Part shown: piece after piece, positions 1 through 21,561 of the stretch | How the letters are laid out: each line of letters begins with the position of its first letter | Position numbering within the stretch: the stretch's first letter is position 1 | Assembly (NCBI GenBank): GCA_012295275.1 | Contig: CM022665.1 | Coordinates: 8,928,001-8,992,000, forward strand | Direction: 5' to 3' | Source: Chrysomallon squamiferum | Taxonomy: Eukaryota; Animalia; Mollusca | Length of the DNA stretch: 64,000 nucleotides | Notes under the pieces: generated by a model | The model's input: the letters and a program-made list of their open reading frames with translations, nothing else | Told to the model about the DNA's origin: nothing | Database searches by the model: none | Program-made: the position numbers and the translations under genes

Positions 1-967
1 AATTTCAGCACTACTTTTGAAATATCAAATTTACAGAGAGCATGCTACAAAGCAGTATGTTTAATTCATTATTAGATTTAAAAATTGAACTGTTAAATAT
101 TTATGGCTTATTTATTTTTTCATTTTCAGATTGTTTTCATGGTGCTGCAAATTTATTTCACAAAGCTTTAATTATCTATCATAAAGATATTTGCTCTTGC
201 CCATCTTAAAATAAAAAGGAAAAGGAAGTGAAAATGCAGAATGAATAAAATTACAGAGGCATTTTATGTTTTCTCTTTAGTTTAATTATAAATTATTTTT
301 TCAAGAAAAAATTATCCCTGTCAAAATTTTGCTTCTTTACTTAGCTCAATACTGTTTTTCAAAAATATTAAATATTGACCTATGCTTAACCCAACAACAG
401 AGAAAAACTTTAAAATCCAACATATATTTATTGCATCTTTCCAGTAAAACACAGTTCTAAATAAAAAAACAATAATATACACATGTACTTATGGTTACAT
501 ACATTGTTTTTATATTGTATACCCCAACATACATTTTCAATGATTCCCAGCAAAAACAGTTTTAAATAAATAACATTAATATAATGTAAGGTTTTATATT
601 GTGTACCCTCAGATAACTCAGATCCATTGACTGTGCGTTTTAAATAATTAAGAATACCCACACACATATTAATGAGACATCACTTCTTGTTTAGTGAAAC
701 ATTTTTTAATTTTTTTTTGAAAAAACAAAGTTGGATTTCTAATATCAACTGTTTTTACTCAAAAAATATCCACGAATTAACAGATTTGCCACATTTATTA
801 CTTTTGTGGCTCATTTAAAAAATAATGTTATTTTATATTAAGAATTTGTGTAACATGTTCAAACAATTGCAAATAAAATACTATCACAGTTTATGCTATT
901 TTGGTAATGGATATACATTTTTATGAGTGAAGGATTTTGCACTGTATTAAAACTACTTGTCAGTTTA

Positions 968-5098
<4,131 letters not shown>

Positions 5099-5287
5099 TC
5101 TGTGACGTGTTTTTAATAAAATGTACTCAAGTTGCCGATGGACTGGTACTCGTAACAAACATGAGATTATCCTTAAACCGATTGCCATTGCATAATTTGT
5201 TGTTTAGTCTCGCTCAATGTTCTCGCTTGTATCAAAGACAACTGTTAACGAGACTAAAGACAAACTTAAAAGTACTGAATATAGCCT
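5099..5287. promoter_or_regulatory. Bidirectional promoter between GDPGP1 and COQ3
   Basis: Only 189 bp separate the two divergent start codons. The stretch is CpG-enriched relative to its flanks, with a CRE-like TGACGT near 5103 and two TCTCGC motifs near 5208 and 5221. Confidence 0.65.
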
Positions 5288-7929
<2,642 letters not shown>

Positions 7930-9404
7930 TCACAAAACACCATATAATTGCAAAACTAATAAATATGACATTCAGAATGTAATCTTGAACTGATGAGTGA
8001 AGTTCAGGGCTTACTTGTTGGTGTCAAGGTTGAACAAAAAAATAATACATTAAATGTATTTTGATGGAATGTATGTGATGTTTTTATTGCTTTGTTACTC
8101 ATGCAGTGTAAATCAGATAATAAATATTATGAAAGCACTTTTTATTTTTGTTATTTTCAGACTCTTTGTTGTTCTTTTTGGGGTTGTATAACTAAATGTA
8201 AGAATTAAATATTCTTTAAAATTTGCATTACATATTAATTTTTAATTATTTTGTAAATCAACTTAAGAAAACCATCTCTATTCATTCTGAGCATTTTGTA
8301 GTGTGCCTGTGTGTTCATGTTTGTATTTAATAAATCCCTGCTACAAAAAGATAATGCTTGAAATACTTAAAAGGCAGTCAAAACTGATGAAGAAGTGAGT
8401 CAGAATGTCATATTTATGATCTAATAAACATATTTCAAAACAAACATTTTTATAAAAATATGAAAAGCACTTTCATTTATTAACATTTTTAAATTCTTTG
8501 AAAATACATTAAGGCAGACATAAAATAAATGACCAAAACACGTTCTATAATAATAAATGATGCCATTTGAAATATTCTTTAATTTATCACTTGCATTAAT
8601 TATTACGAAAATCATGATCCGTTTAAATATTCAATCCGCATTTTAGCAAATTTCATTCCTCGTGCCTGAACGATCGAGACCATCACAATGTAGCATAATA
8701 AAAATGTGAGAAAAAGTTAGCGAGATATACCAAGATATGTCTGTCACAATTTGAAATTCTGGGAATATACTGATATTTTAAATTATAGACGTAACAAATT
8801 AAAATCCGTTTGATTTTGTTATTTATTAAATACTTAAATTGGTAATTTTCATTTTAGATTAACGAGTTATACCATTTAAACTTGATTGAAGTTTAGGTAA
8901 AAAATAGTTAACATAATAGGTCTTAATATTTGTTACGTAATCTATTAATACATGTATTAGTATTATAATAGAAATTATAATGTTTATCTTAGACACACAA
9001 ATATTAATTAATTCTTGTTCAAGACAGGCGTGTGCATTGGATTTAATAATTGAACAACAACAAGAAAAAAAAAAAAAAAAAAAAAAAAAATAAAAAAATA
9101 AAACGTAAAACAAACAAAACAAAACAGAAAACAGAAAATAGTAAAACAAATTACTGATTAACTAAAATATACCATCCTGACAGTGTTACACTGTAAATGA
9201 CTTGAAATAAATAAAAATAAATAAGTTAAACAACAACCGCAAACAAAACAAACAAATATTACTAATAAATTCTGGAACCTTACACTGTTATAGTGTGAAT
9301 TACCTCCATGCAGAATTTTTTATGCAATAGTAGTTGTTACAGTTGTTTCTGTTTTTATCCAAATATAACAACAGAATAATTTAAAATATTGTTTTAGTTA
9401 AACA

Positions 9405-11309
9405 ATGTCCGATGATGACAAGCCACAGTTGTCAGCCCATACATTGGCAGCTCTCGGTGAATTTATTTCTGAACAGAAAATAGCAGAACAGAAATTACAA
9501 CAGGCACAGCAAGGAGATCTTGATAATTTCAAACCACGGGAAAACTGGGTATATTAAAATTACTATATGATGCTTTGACATATTGAATATTAGTTCAAGT
9601 TTGAGATTGTTATCAACCTGTTCTGAAAATCTGAACATTTCTGACCTACAAATATGCATAAATAAAAAATTAATAACTGAATGTTTAAGATCACTCCAGT
9701 ATGAAAAGCAAAATTAGATATTGGTCTGACCAAGGTATAACAATTATTAATATAAAATTAAATATTTCAGTTTGTATCAGATATTCATTTGTCTACAGAA
9801 AACTAATGAAAAACTGAATTCATCAAAGCATTGGTGATAAAATTATGCATGCATTTCTATTCATATGAAGGCTAAACTTGTGCAGATGGAATAACTCATT
9901 GAGAAATTTTGTGGACACTTTAGTTTGTAGACAATATATGATACAAAAGGGAAATCTCAGTCTTCACGTCCTCAAAAGCTCATTATTTTATAGTTGTTAG
10001 GAAACAATTGACATTTAAAATTCACTTGGAAATGTGTAATGCTGTGTAACATATTAGTTCAAAAAACAAGATATAGCTGTATAATTGTATCAGATTAGCA
10101 TGTAACTTGGCTGTTGGATGTTTGAAATTTTAAAGTAATAATTATAATGCATTTCTTTTTGCTGATGTTACAAAAATGTTATGGTATTTTCATGATTTGT
10201 GGCAAAAGGGTGTTTGAAAGATTTTATTGTTGAAAATTAAGCTTTGAGTCCACATGTAACAATCAGGAGGAATATTTAAAAAAAAAAAAAAAAAAAAAGT
10301 CAAATATTAATCTTTTTAGCAACTCAGTCAGTTTTGGTATGAAGATAACACAGCAACAAGACTGGCTGAAGAAGCTATTGTTGCAGCTGGCAGAGAAGGC
10401 AGGTATGATCACATTAAAAACAGTTCTTCAACTTTAGTAAAACATCAGAATTATTTAAAAAGAAAATAATTAAATTAAATAAAACATATTACATGGTACA
10501 CAAATAATAAATATTTTAAAAAGCCTTTTGTTTTTCATTTTGTACATCATAACATAATTTAATTTAGAAAACTCTTTTTTTTTTTACAGAATTGCCTGCA
10601 TAAGTGCCCCCACAGTGTACAGTAAAATACGACTGATTAAACCATCAACATGCACAGCAAAGTGTTTAGAATTTGATGAAAGATTTAAATGTTATGGCAA
10701 CAACTTCTTGTTCTATGATTACAAGAAACCTTTAGAACTACCTGAAGAATTGAAACAAAGTTTTGATGTTGTAATAACTGACCCTCCATTTTTATCAGAG
10801 GAATGTTTGACAAAAGTTGCTCAGAGTATAAAATTCCTCACAAAAGACAAGATTATCTTGTGTACAGGTAATACAGATGTTTTTTTCACATTATTTATTT
10901 AATGTCTATATTCACATATTGGAGAGCCACATTATAGAATTTAATTATTTTGAACTTCTTTACCTTTACTTATTGAATTTAATATTTTATTTTGATCAAA
11001 TGCATCGATCAATAAATCTGTGTATTATTTGTCAATATTATAAGTTGTTTAAAATTTAATGGAATAAAAATTGCATGGAAAATAACATGACTGATCACAT
11101 TTTAGTTCATTTAAACAAAAAAGTGAAAGTTTTAATCTTAACATGTATTTAATTATTAACCTTTTTTAACAGGATCTATCTTGGAGAGTTTAGCCAAACG
11201 TCTCCTTGGTGTTCATGTGTGTCAGTTTAAACCTAAACATGAAAGTGGTTTGCGAAATGAATTCAGATGTTTCATTAACTATGTTCATTCAACACTGAAT
11301 CAAGATTAA
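9405..11309 (+). CDS. EEF1AKMT1: EEF1A lysine methyltransferase 1 (N6AMT2), 213 aa
   Basis: Exons 9405-9548, 10320-10402, 10590-10867, 11173-11309 total 642 nt. Motifs: PQLSAHTLAAL, ENWQLSQFWY, RIACISAPTVY, EFDERF, FYDYKKP, DPPFLSEECLTK, LRNEFRCF. Confidence 0.95.
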
Positions 11310-11371
11310 TATGCTCAGCTTTGTATAATTTTATTGGCAAAAAATTGTTCACTGTATTTCTATAAATTTTG

Positions 11372-11408
<37 letters not shown>

Positions 11409-12556
11409 GTGTGTTTTTATCACACATTATTTGATTTGAGGCATTCTGCCTTAATGTGTTTCAACTCGGTGTTCATTCTTTTGTGTTACAGGTATAATAA
11501 ACTTTTATTAACACAATAATAAATTGTTCTCTTGGAATGGCAGTACCTTAAGTTAAGACTGAATAAACAATAAACAAATGTGCTTAATTTCTGTTTAATT
11601 TAATTTTAAGACACACACTTTTACAAAACACAATAATAAATCGTTAAGTTTGTTTGACATTACATACAAAGTAATGCTGAAAAAGTGTTTAGTTAATCCA
11701 ATTAATTACACAGTCATGATAATATTGTTAAAATAGTCTGTCATTTTACAGAACAACAAATAAGACTAATGTACTAGAACTATTTTTAACACCAATTCTT
11801 AAAGTATTACAATATTTTTATAAAAACTGTAAGGTTGGCAGCAACTAGTTACTTAATTTATCAATCCAATAAAATGTCCATTCAGATTGTCTTATTAGAA
11901 ATGCACATATATTTCTTATTCAGTGTGGAAAAATACTGATAAAAAATAAGTAATCCAACAGGTGCTTTGAAAAAGTGAAGCATTTAAAACAAATAAAAAA
12001 ACCACAGGATTGGCTAGAAATGTAAAATCAAAATATCCAGTAATTGACTATTACAGTTTCTCAAAACAGAACAAGCTCTAGTTCAGAGGGCTAAAGTCCT
12101 TTATTTAATCCTTTAAAAGTTGTATATCTGGAGTAACAAACTTTCATATTTTGTTTACATATTTCATCAGTGGTTACCATACAGATCAACAATTCCTTAT
12201 GCAAGAAATATTCTACACAGTTTATTTATTAGAAAAAAATAAAAATACAGAACAAAGATGGTTTTCAAAGCTTATAATAAATTGTAGACCTATACTGTGG
12301 ATCAGTCATACTAGTGGTTTCAGGCAGCTGCCATTAAAATCCATCTTGCTGGAAATTCTTAAAAATGATTATAAGCAGTTGTTTTGTGGTAGGTATGCAT
12401 AGCATATAACACTTTATAAACTGTAATGGGTAAAGTGCATGTACCCATTTTTTTTTAACACAGTTTTTTTTTATTCTTCATTAAATACACCTGTATCTGG
12501 TTTCTTGTTGAAATAAATTATTTATCACAACATAAAATAACAACTAAAAACTAAAA

Positions 12557-15500
12557 TCACAATTCTTTAGCAGGTATTTCTTTATCCTTTGTCTTTTTCT
12601 CTTCTTCTTCATTATCTGAAAGATTCTGTTTTTGCCACAAATCATAGTACAAACTATCAGTTCGTGAGAGAAGATTGTGGTGTGTTCCACGTTCTGCTAC
12701 AGTTCCCTTCTGGAGCACAAGTATCTCATCTGCATCAACCACAGTGGACAGCCTGTGTGCTATCACTATTGTGGTTCTACCTTTTGTAACATATCTCAGT
12801 GCATCCATGATATTCTGAAAATTATTTGAATGAATGGTCAAATTTGGTATCATGTGATATACACTCTTAATTTAAAATGACTGACATTGCCTTCTTTTAA
12901 ATGTTTTGGAATAGCAAAATTAAGTTAAAAGGTTATTTTTGGTTTATTAACACAAGAGGAGATTAATTTCTATCACTAGTTTTTAGATGTAAAAAATATT
13001 GTAATTATGACTTTCTGACCTGAGGAAAAGGCAGCAGCTGGCCTATTGCAGGGATGCTTTTAATGTACTTGTACAACACTCCAAAGAGCCTCTGGCAAGA
13101 ATCATTTCTTTATCACAAGGTGATTTTGCCAAAAGACTACAATGAGCCCCCAGACAAAATTAATAAAACCTAAATTTTATTGTTTTATAAGTATCAGTTA
13201 AGACATATGCCATTAATAATATAATTTTTGTTGCATGCAAACCTGTTCTGTTATGCTGTCTAAACTTGATGTTGCTTCATCATAAACAATTATTGGAGGA
13301 TCCTTCAGAATTGTTCGAGCAATGGCCACTCTCTGCTTCTCTCCTCCTGAAAAAATCATGACAAATCAGTAACATTTATTTTAATGTGCAGTTTTCAAAA
13401 ATAATTGTGTTTTGTCATCTGGTTCATAGCTTTTGAAGGCTAAATAAAATATAATGAATTGAAAAGCACTTCTGGAATGACAAACATAATTCCTTGGAAC
13501 GACAGAGGTATAGTATAATCCCAAAATGAAGAATAATTTAATCCGATACTTTCTGAAGTATTCTTTTTCATTTGTACCACATTTTGGTAATAATGTCTTC
13601 TCTTGACAAAAAAGAATAAGAAAACAGCTTTAAATCTGGTATTTTGTTTTGGGAAAGTAAGTCAATTATTCTTTTTTTTAAATTCGTTTCAAAAGCATTT
13701 TCTACTGTGCTTATATTGCACAGATGGTATAATTGAAATTATGGAATTTATCTGACCTGAAAGTTTTAATCCTCTCTCGCCAACCTCTGTGTCATACTGC
13801 ATAGGGAATCTTGAAACAATTGTATCATGGATTTCTGCCATCTTTGCAGCTTCATATACTTCATCTTCATTTTTTGTGAGATCTCCATAATGGATGTTGT
13901 TATACACAGTATCATGAAATAACACACAATCCTGTAAATATTCAAAATAACAAAATTTCATGTCACAAACCGACTGACATTCAACAAAAATTTCATTAGT
14001 GAAAAACGATGAGAAAATCTATTGTAGATGACAGGACATAAACTGCATTATTTTAAGTGACATTTTAGGATTATTTTTAATATAAACTGTATGAAAATAT
14101 TTCCTATTTCAGCTATTATTTAGATATGGCATAAGACATTACCTGTGGTACAACACCAATAGCTTTTCTCAAACTGTTGATCTCCACTTTGTCAATGTCC
14201 TGACCATTTATCTGGATTTGACCTTTCTCAGGGTCAAAAAATCTGAACAGCAAGCGTACAATGGTGGACTTCCTACAAAAGGAATAACAACTTGAATAAA
14301 TGTTTAAGCTATAGACAGAATCATTCACATTTCTTTAATTAAAAATTAGTACTGAATTATGATTGTACCTAATAACAGAACAACATTTTAAAAAATGTAT
14401 TCAAGCTGATTCTAACACATTAGCAACATGTCTGTTCTCTTTCTAACTTTTATTAATTAACTTCTTTTATTTAATAGCAAATTATATTGATTTTTTCCAA
14501 TTCAGTCACAAGAAAATCCATTTTTTTTGTTTTCCCCAATTCAATAAATCAAAATCGATTCCTATACATTACTTACCCTGATCCACTGCCTCCTACAATG
14601 GCAACTTTTTTCCCAGATGGCACACTGAAAGACAATCCATTCAAAATTTTTTGTCCAGGAACATATTCAAAGTACACATCTTTAAATGTTATAGCTGATT
14701 CTTGTGGTTTAACATTAAGAACTGGAGCCTTTGGATCAATCTTAAAATAAAACAGCATACATTAGTTAAGTTAATAAATAGGCATACCAGATTAAAACTG
14801 AAATATTCGAAATTTTGAAAATATTATGTTAAGTATTCATAACTTACTTTGATTACTGGTTCTAGAGCAAGTAGGTTGAACATGGTGTTCATGTCTATCA
14901 GAGACTGACGGACTTCCCGATACACTGAACCAAGGAAGTTGAGAGGCAGAGAGAGCTGAAAGATCAGACCATTTACCAACACCAAGTCACCAACTGACAT
15001 TGTTCCTGAAGTAAATAAACAAATTATATTTCAAAACTAGATGAATGACTTACAGAAAAAAGTGATCTTCACAAAATAGAAACAGACATAAAATATATTT
15101 AAAAAAAATAACCCAAACAAACAAAATGGTTATAGAAAGGTTAACATTTTTATTCTGTTATAAATGAGTATGGGGACAATGTTAAGTTGTCTTCAGTCTA
15201 TAAAAAAAGGGAATTAATATAGGCTTTACTCTGATGTTTAACGATATAAAAAATACTTTGTCTACACAAGTCATACCTGCCATGATGTTCTGGCTGGCAA
15301 GAAACATTATGGCAGTCAAGCCTGCACTGAAGATTGCACTCTGTCCAAAGTTCAAAAGAGACAAGCTTGTGGTTGTTTTCAGTGAAGCATATTCATACTT
15401 CTTCAGTATTTCATCATACTTTTTTACTTCATACAGCTCATTGTTGAAATACTGAGAGAAAAATACAAAAATTTAAAGAACATCCACTGTAATCTTTTAA

Positions 15501-18500
15501 AAACTGGAATTACATTTGAATATCTGTTATTGATAATATTAAATAAATTTAACATGTATCTTTCTTTTCTTCATTTCAACTCTAATTTTAGTTCAACTTT
15601 TATTTCTGATCATTAATTTGACAGATATAAACACAGTGTACCTATTAGGTTTTTCTTATAAACTGATAACAAAGAATTTTTGTTTAAAATGAAATTAAAA
15701 AAAAAAGGATAAAACTAATACATAAGGTGAAGATAAGTATTCATCATTTTAAGATTATGTTACTATTTATTTGCCCTATAAAATATAAAATGTGATACGA
15801 ACCTTCACAGTTTCATAGTTTATCAGTGAGTCAATAGCCATGGATCCTGCCTCGCTATCAGCTTTGTTCATGTCAACACGGAATTTGGTCCTAATTAAAT
15901 GAAACAATAATATCTAAAATACATATTGATTGTAACTGGCAAAATAAAACCTAACGATTTTTGAATGACTACTGTTATATTTTTAATCAATAACTAATTT
16001 TTGAAACTGGGATTTTTACACTGGAAATTGGTTTGTTTTTGTTCTATTTTCCATTTTCAACATCTTAGAAAACAAATATTTCTGATAAATAAATTTATCA
16101 TTGGTTTCTTACTTTCAGACTTAAAAATATTGTCACAATGAAATACACCACCAAAAACAAATGAGTAAATAATAAACATACTAATTTTTAATATTTGTAA
16201 ATACAGAGATGTAGATGTAGTAATAACATGTTACCTCCACTGTGTAATAACTAATGTGAAAATGGTGTATGTTCCAATGCAGCCAAGAGTAACCAGAGCA
16301 AATGTACTTCCACACTTTACATACTGAAAGAAAGGAAAACAAAAGCATGGAAATTTAAACAATAACAGTGTAAAATGCATTATTCAAACTTCAATAATAT
16401 GCAACATTACCAGCATATTATCCTGTTTGTTTTGAAAAGACAACAGCGAAAAAAGGTATTTAGTAATGTTTTGTTATTTACATATACAAAATGACATACC
16501 ATGATCCCCGTGACAAGTGACACTTCAAAGATTGTTGGAACTATATTAAATACCAGAGCTGTCAGAACAAAATTGATACCTCTGAAATTGGAAAACAAAT
16601 TATAATAGGACTTACATACATTCATGTCTATAGATGTGCATTTAGAATTATCTGATTTTGTCTTTTTACCAGTGTAGAGAATATATTTTTTTTAAATGAA
16701 TAGTTTTGTATAAAGGTTATGTTTACTGCAACTTAAATAAAACATAACTTGATCCACAGAAGATTTTCTAGCTGTTGCTTTATACACCTGTACTTATCCC
16801 AGCCATGCACACAAGAAAACAAATGAAGCAACAATTTGACAGTTGCATTCCTAAATGAAACTAACCTTGTGCCTCTATCAATTGCTTTAGACAGGGCACC
16901 AGTTTGTCTGTTTAGATGAAAGCTGAGGTCCATGTTGTGTAGATGAAGGAATACCTTTCTTGCTACTGTTCGGATGGAGTTCTGGGCAACTTTGGCAAAT
17001 ACAGCATTGCGTAGTTCATTGAGACCTGAAGAACCAGCTCGGGCCAAACCATCTGTGTAAGCGAATTAACTTTGTTATGCATGTATTTTAAATCATTCAT
17101 TGATTTAAGATAATTTGTATGTCAAGCAAAGTTTAAATATGATTTACTATATTCACATAAAATTTAAGATCATATTGTTTTTATTTACAATATTTTTAAT
17201 GAAAAGGTCATTAACAGTATACATTAAAATAATTTATGTAATACTGTAGAGTATTTCTACTGAATATTTTACATTTTCATTTAATGTTTTTGGTATTTAG
17301 ATTTGTTAAGATAGTCTGTATATTTATTGCAGTTACAAGCTACATGATTTCACATCATTATGTTGTCCTATTTTTCTGTAGTATTGTCTGAAATAAAAAA
17401 AATATTTATTTTGCCACAGTATTTCTGATGAAATTCCCCCCAAATTAAATATGGATTCTGTGTTTTGGGTCAAGGAAATGAAAACATGTTTTCCATAAAA
17501 TTTGAAATCGTACAACCTATTATAATATTAAAATAACAAACAATTATTAGACATTAAATCAAGTGAGTTTCCCTCAGAGAAGAAGGATGTTGAAAAGATA
17601 TTATGAAAAGGTAATTACTGGCAACACTATTAAAGAAGAGAATTTTAATTACCTTGATGTAATTATTTCTAGACCATAACTGTTATTAAACAAAACAAAT
17701 AATAATAATAATAAAAATCTTAATATATATATTTTTTTAAATGTTCCTATTAATATTCATAATATTTTATTATGCATTTAATTTTTAATTTTTTTTCTTT
17801 TGGTAATTTAATAGGAAAGCATAATAACATTAATGAGAAACACATTAATACTTACATCCAAGAACAAGAGCTGTTGCCACAGTTAATATTGTGGCTGGTC
17901 CATTTGCCATGTTTAGATAGTTGTTAGGTTCATTTAACCAGTCTACCAAATACTTGAATATAAATGGTACCTGCACATTGACAACCTGAAAATATTAAAC
18001 AAAAGAAATGAATCTCAAAATATGTTTTAAAGATAATTTTGGTATGTTTTTGTTAATTTAGTCAAATAATATGCATCTGAATTTATTTTTTAAAATGATT
18101 TATAACTTTGTAGTAACAATATATATTAAATCAATTTTTTGTGATATTTAAAACAGAATTCCTTTTTCAGATTATTGTCCTAAAGGCTAGTGTTTTCTGT
18201 TACAATTTAATACATTATATAAAATTATTTTTCTAATTCATTTTTAAAATTATAATGTAAATTTATGATGTAATTTTCTAAATTATGAAACTGAAATGTG
18301 ACCTTTGAACCAGCTAACAGAGCAACAGACACGATAACACGAATCTTGATGGCCTTGCTGTCTTTGGGCCAAACATAGGACAACATTGCTCGGATGATGT
18401 CCCATGATCGCATATTCTCATCAGCTGCATCAAGTTCATTTGGAGAAAGTGTTGATGCTCCAGGATGAAAACATGTTCTCTTCCCTGGTTTCTTAACATA

Positions 18501-20217
18501 CAACTACAAAAAATAAAAAAAATAAATAAAATAAAAATAACATATACATATATAACACAACAAAATGAAGAACCAGCTTTTACTCTCTGACTTCTTAAAT
18601 AACAAAAACAAAAATAAAGTTTCAAAAACAAAGTTAATTTAAATATAATTTTTTTTTTTTAATGTAAAAAGTATTTACATATGATAAATAGTGTAAAATA
18701 TTTTAATACCACTTGTTTCTAAAACTTTACTTACACTGTAACTTCTGGCAGTTACAAAAACAATTATAGATATATGTATATATATCCTACATAATTAACA
18801 AATAATATTCTCATTATTTTATGTGTCTATAAAATTCTCTTCTGAATAAAAACATACCTTTTTAAACAAACCGGGGTTGGTAGTAGCAACTTTCTGCAGA
18901 TTTCTAGGTTGTACATATCTAGGATTATGTTTTAATTTCTGAAAGGTAAACAAAATACAAAATTTATTATATTTAGAGAAAATAAAAAAAACTTTGTTTA
19001 CCATTTTCTTAATAAAAACAATAATTGTTTTCAGGAAAGTAACATTTAAATTTACTATAATATCTGTTTATAATTATTCAAGTTAATTAGCTCAATACAT
19101 CTTTTTAATGTTTATACATACTGTAATTAGTATTTAGAAGTTAATTTATATTGTGATAGGATATATAAATATATTATTTAAAAAGATTAAACTGGAAAAC
19201 AACAGCAATTTGTAATGCAGCAAATAATTACACACACACATCTGTACATACACACACCTACACACACTCGAATGACATTTTTATTAGATATTCTATTCTC
19301 ATTTAGATATAATAATAACAACAAAAATAATAAAGTTAAAAAAAATACATATCTTAACACAATGACAGCATAGGAGTGGGTTTATTAAAAACTGTATCTG
19401 TAATGCTCATATTATTTAAAACAAATTATAACTAAACACTAATCAGAAATTAAATGATTTTTCATAAATTTGGACACAAATGGAAAAAACAACTTCATGT
19501 GTGCAACTTAGCAAAATAATAAAAAAGAACATACTATTGATATTGAAATATTTAATTTTAGTTACTAGATATTAGATTTATTATAAAAATAAAATATTTA
19601 AATATAAGACCGGTTCAGCATTACACATTATTAAAAATAACTACAGCTGTACATTGTTTTCTATTTATTAACACATATTAACTTTTATGCAGTATTTCTT
19701 GACTGATTACATTTGCATATTCATGACTGAAGCAGATGGTCTCCAATATACTTTATGTTTAATATTTTAATGTATATTAATTGCCAAATTCTATTAATAA
19801 GCCTATTTGATATTAATGTAATAATAACTATTAAAACACATACAATATTTTTATTATTAAAATCAAAATAATAATATTTGTGATCAATTATACATTTAGG
19901 TGACTATAAACTGAAGATTTCATTTGTCACAACATTATCAAAATTCAAACACGTTTAGTACACAAAGAATATTACAAATTATGTCATGTCATGATCTAAT
20001 CAAGTAAATGTCATCCTCGTGTTGTGGGGTTGAATTTATCCATATCTCAAAAACTCTGAAAACTTACAGTTTTTGAGATAAATTGAACAGGAGTTTTCAG
20101 TAGACTTCTGCAACATGAATGCAGTGCACCAAAATACCGATGTTGTTCCTTTATAACTCTTGAATATCTATAAACTCCAGGCGAAAATATTGTACAACGA
20201 AAAACTAATAAGGACAT
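12557..20217 (-). CDS. ABCB7: Mitochondrial ABC transporter ABCB7/Atm1 (Fe-S cluster precursor export), ~15 coding exons
   Basis: Approximate exons: 20217-20068 (presequence), 18938-18858, 18503-18303, 17985-17856, 17052-16866, 16581-16500, 16323-16235, 15890-15803, 15451-15277, 15006-14848, 14740-14577, 14272-14143, 13931-13757, 13346-13223, 12814-12557. Motifs: [48 protein letters not shown], Walker A GGSGSGKST, signature LSGGEKQR, Walker [11 protein letters not shown]-loop IAHRLST. Confidence 0.96.
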
Positions 20218-20486
20218 TGTAGCAAGTTATCTCCCCTGTAACGTGTTCCACCACACGTTCACGAGGTGCCGATATATTTCTTAGCCTATTTTCGGACCTT
20301 TGTATTTTAACAATATCAGCTTTACAAGAAATTCAATTCCTTGGTCAGGATTATGTATTTTACAGAGCGACTGATTTGTAAAATAATTAATTGTTTCAAT
20401 TTATTTATTTATTTATTTATCAATCATCATTACCATCATCATGACTGGTTTGGTGTTACAGAAATGAAAAGAACACAGAAAGAAAG

Positions 20487-20531
<45 letters not shown>

Positions 20532-21529
20532 CCCAAAACAACAAGAGTTTTGACAAAACTGGGCGAAAGTACGATAGTAATTGAAAGATTCATATGCATA
20601 TGCATAGGCCCTTCGTACGAATGTGTAAAGCTAAAATTCAGTACAACAAAGTCAATTTAAAATACACTATCATTATCAAAGTGGGAAAATTAAAATATTT
20701 CCATTAACACAAGAACGTGTTCACAATTTCAGTACTTCTAATGTTGCTAATAACGAATTTTCTAGAGGGTTTTCCATTTCGATTATCGGTTTCCTGTTAC
20801 AGTCTGTACTAGAGTTTCGAAGCACGTATAAGCAATAATTACGCAGCCAATATATGTATATAAGTGTTAGATATAACAACAACAACAACAATAATAATAA
20901 ATTAAACCTCTATATCTTTATATTAATTTACTAACGTAATATCTCTTTAAGAGAAAAATGTATACACACATATATAGTATAAATACATTTAATTCATAAA
21001 TATGCTAGTCTACATGGTAAATGAAGAATAGATTTCAGCAGATAAAATAATAAAGATGTCGTTATTGATCTCATCTAGAATAACTTCAACAAGGAAACAA
21101 TCACGGAAACGATAATAATTTGTCTGAGAGTGATCTATCTTCACTCTTAATTACAAACCTTATTTTAACTTCTGTTTTTCATTTCAAATGTCTTGCCCAG
21201 AGCCCTGTCCGTAATATCTACACAAAGTGTATCATGCCAGTAAAATAAGTTTAAAACAGTACTTTAAATCGACCATCATCTGAATCTTGTACATATGGAA
21301 TCTTAAGCATTTTTGAAATTTAATAAAATTTGTAATAACTAAAATATTAAATTTTATAAAATTATTTTTAAATTTTATTATTGGCTAAATTATTTTCTTA
21401 CATGCGTTTGTTATTTACCTAAAACTGTATTAGGTAGGTTTAGTACATTTAGTCATTGTAAATTATGAACACAGGGTCGCGTATATGAACATGTATATAT
21501 ATATATATATTATATATAAATACACACAT

Positions 21530-21561
<32 letters not shown>

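Noticed and set aside
12425-12449. Hairpin AATGGGTA...TACCCATT in the ABCB7 3'UTR considered as an iron-responsive element
   Set aside because: It has no CAGUGN loop or bulged C on the mRNA strand.
13070-13155. Short matches to RNase MRP RNA (CACTCCAAAG and GGGGCTCATT)
   Set aside because: The two matches are on opposite strands and the island is too short.
18735-18744. Possible ABCB7 microexon (cag|AAGTTACAGT|gtaagt)
   Set aside because: Ten nucleotides would break the frame, and the flanking exons already join in phase.
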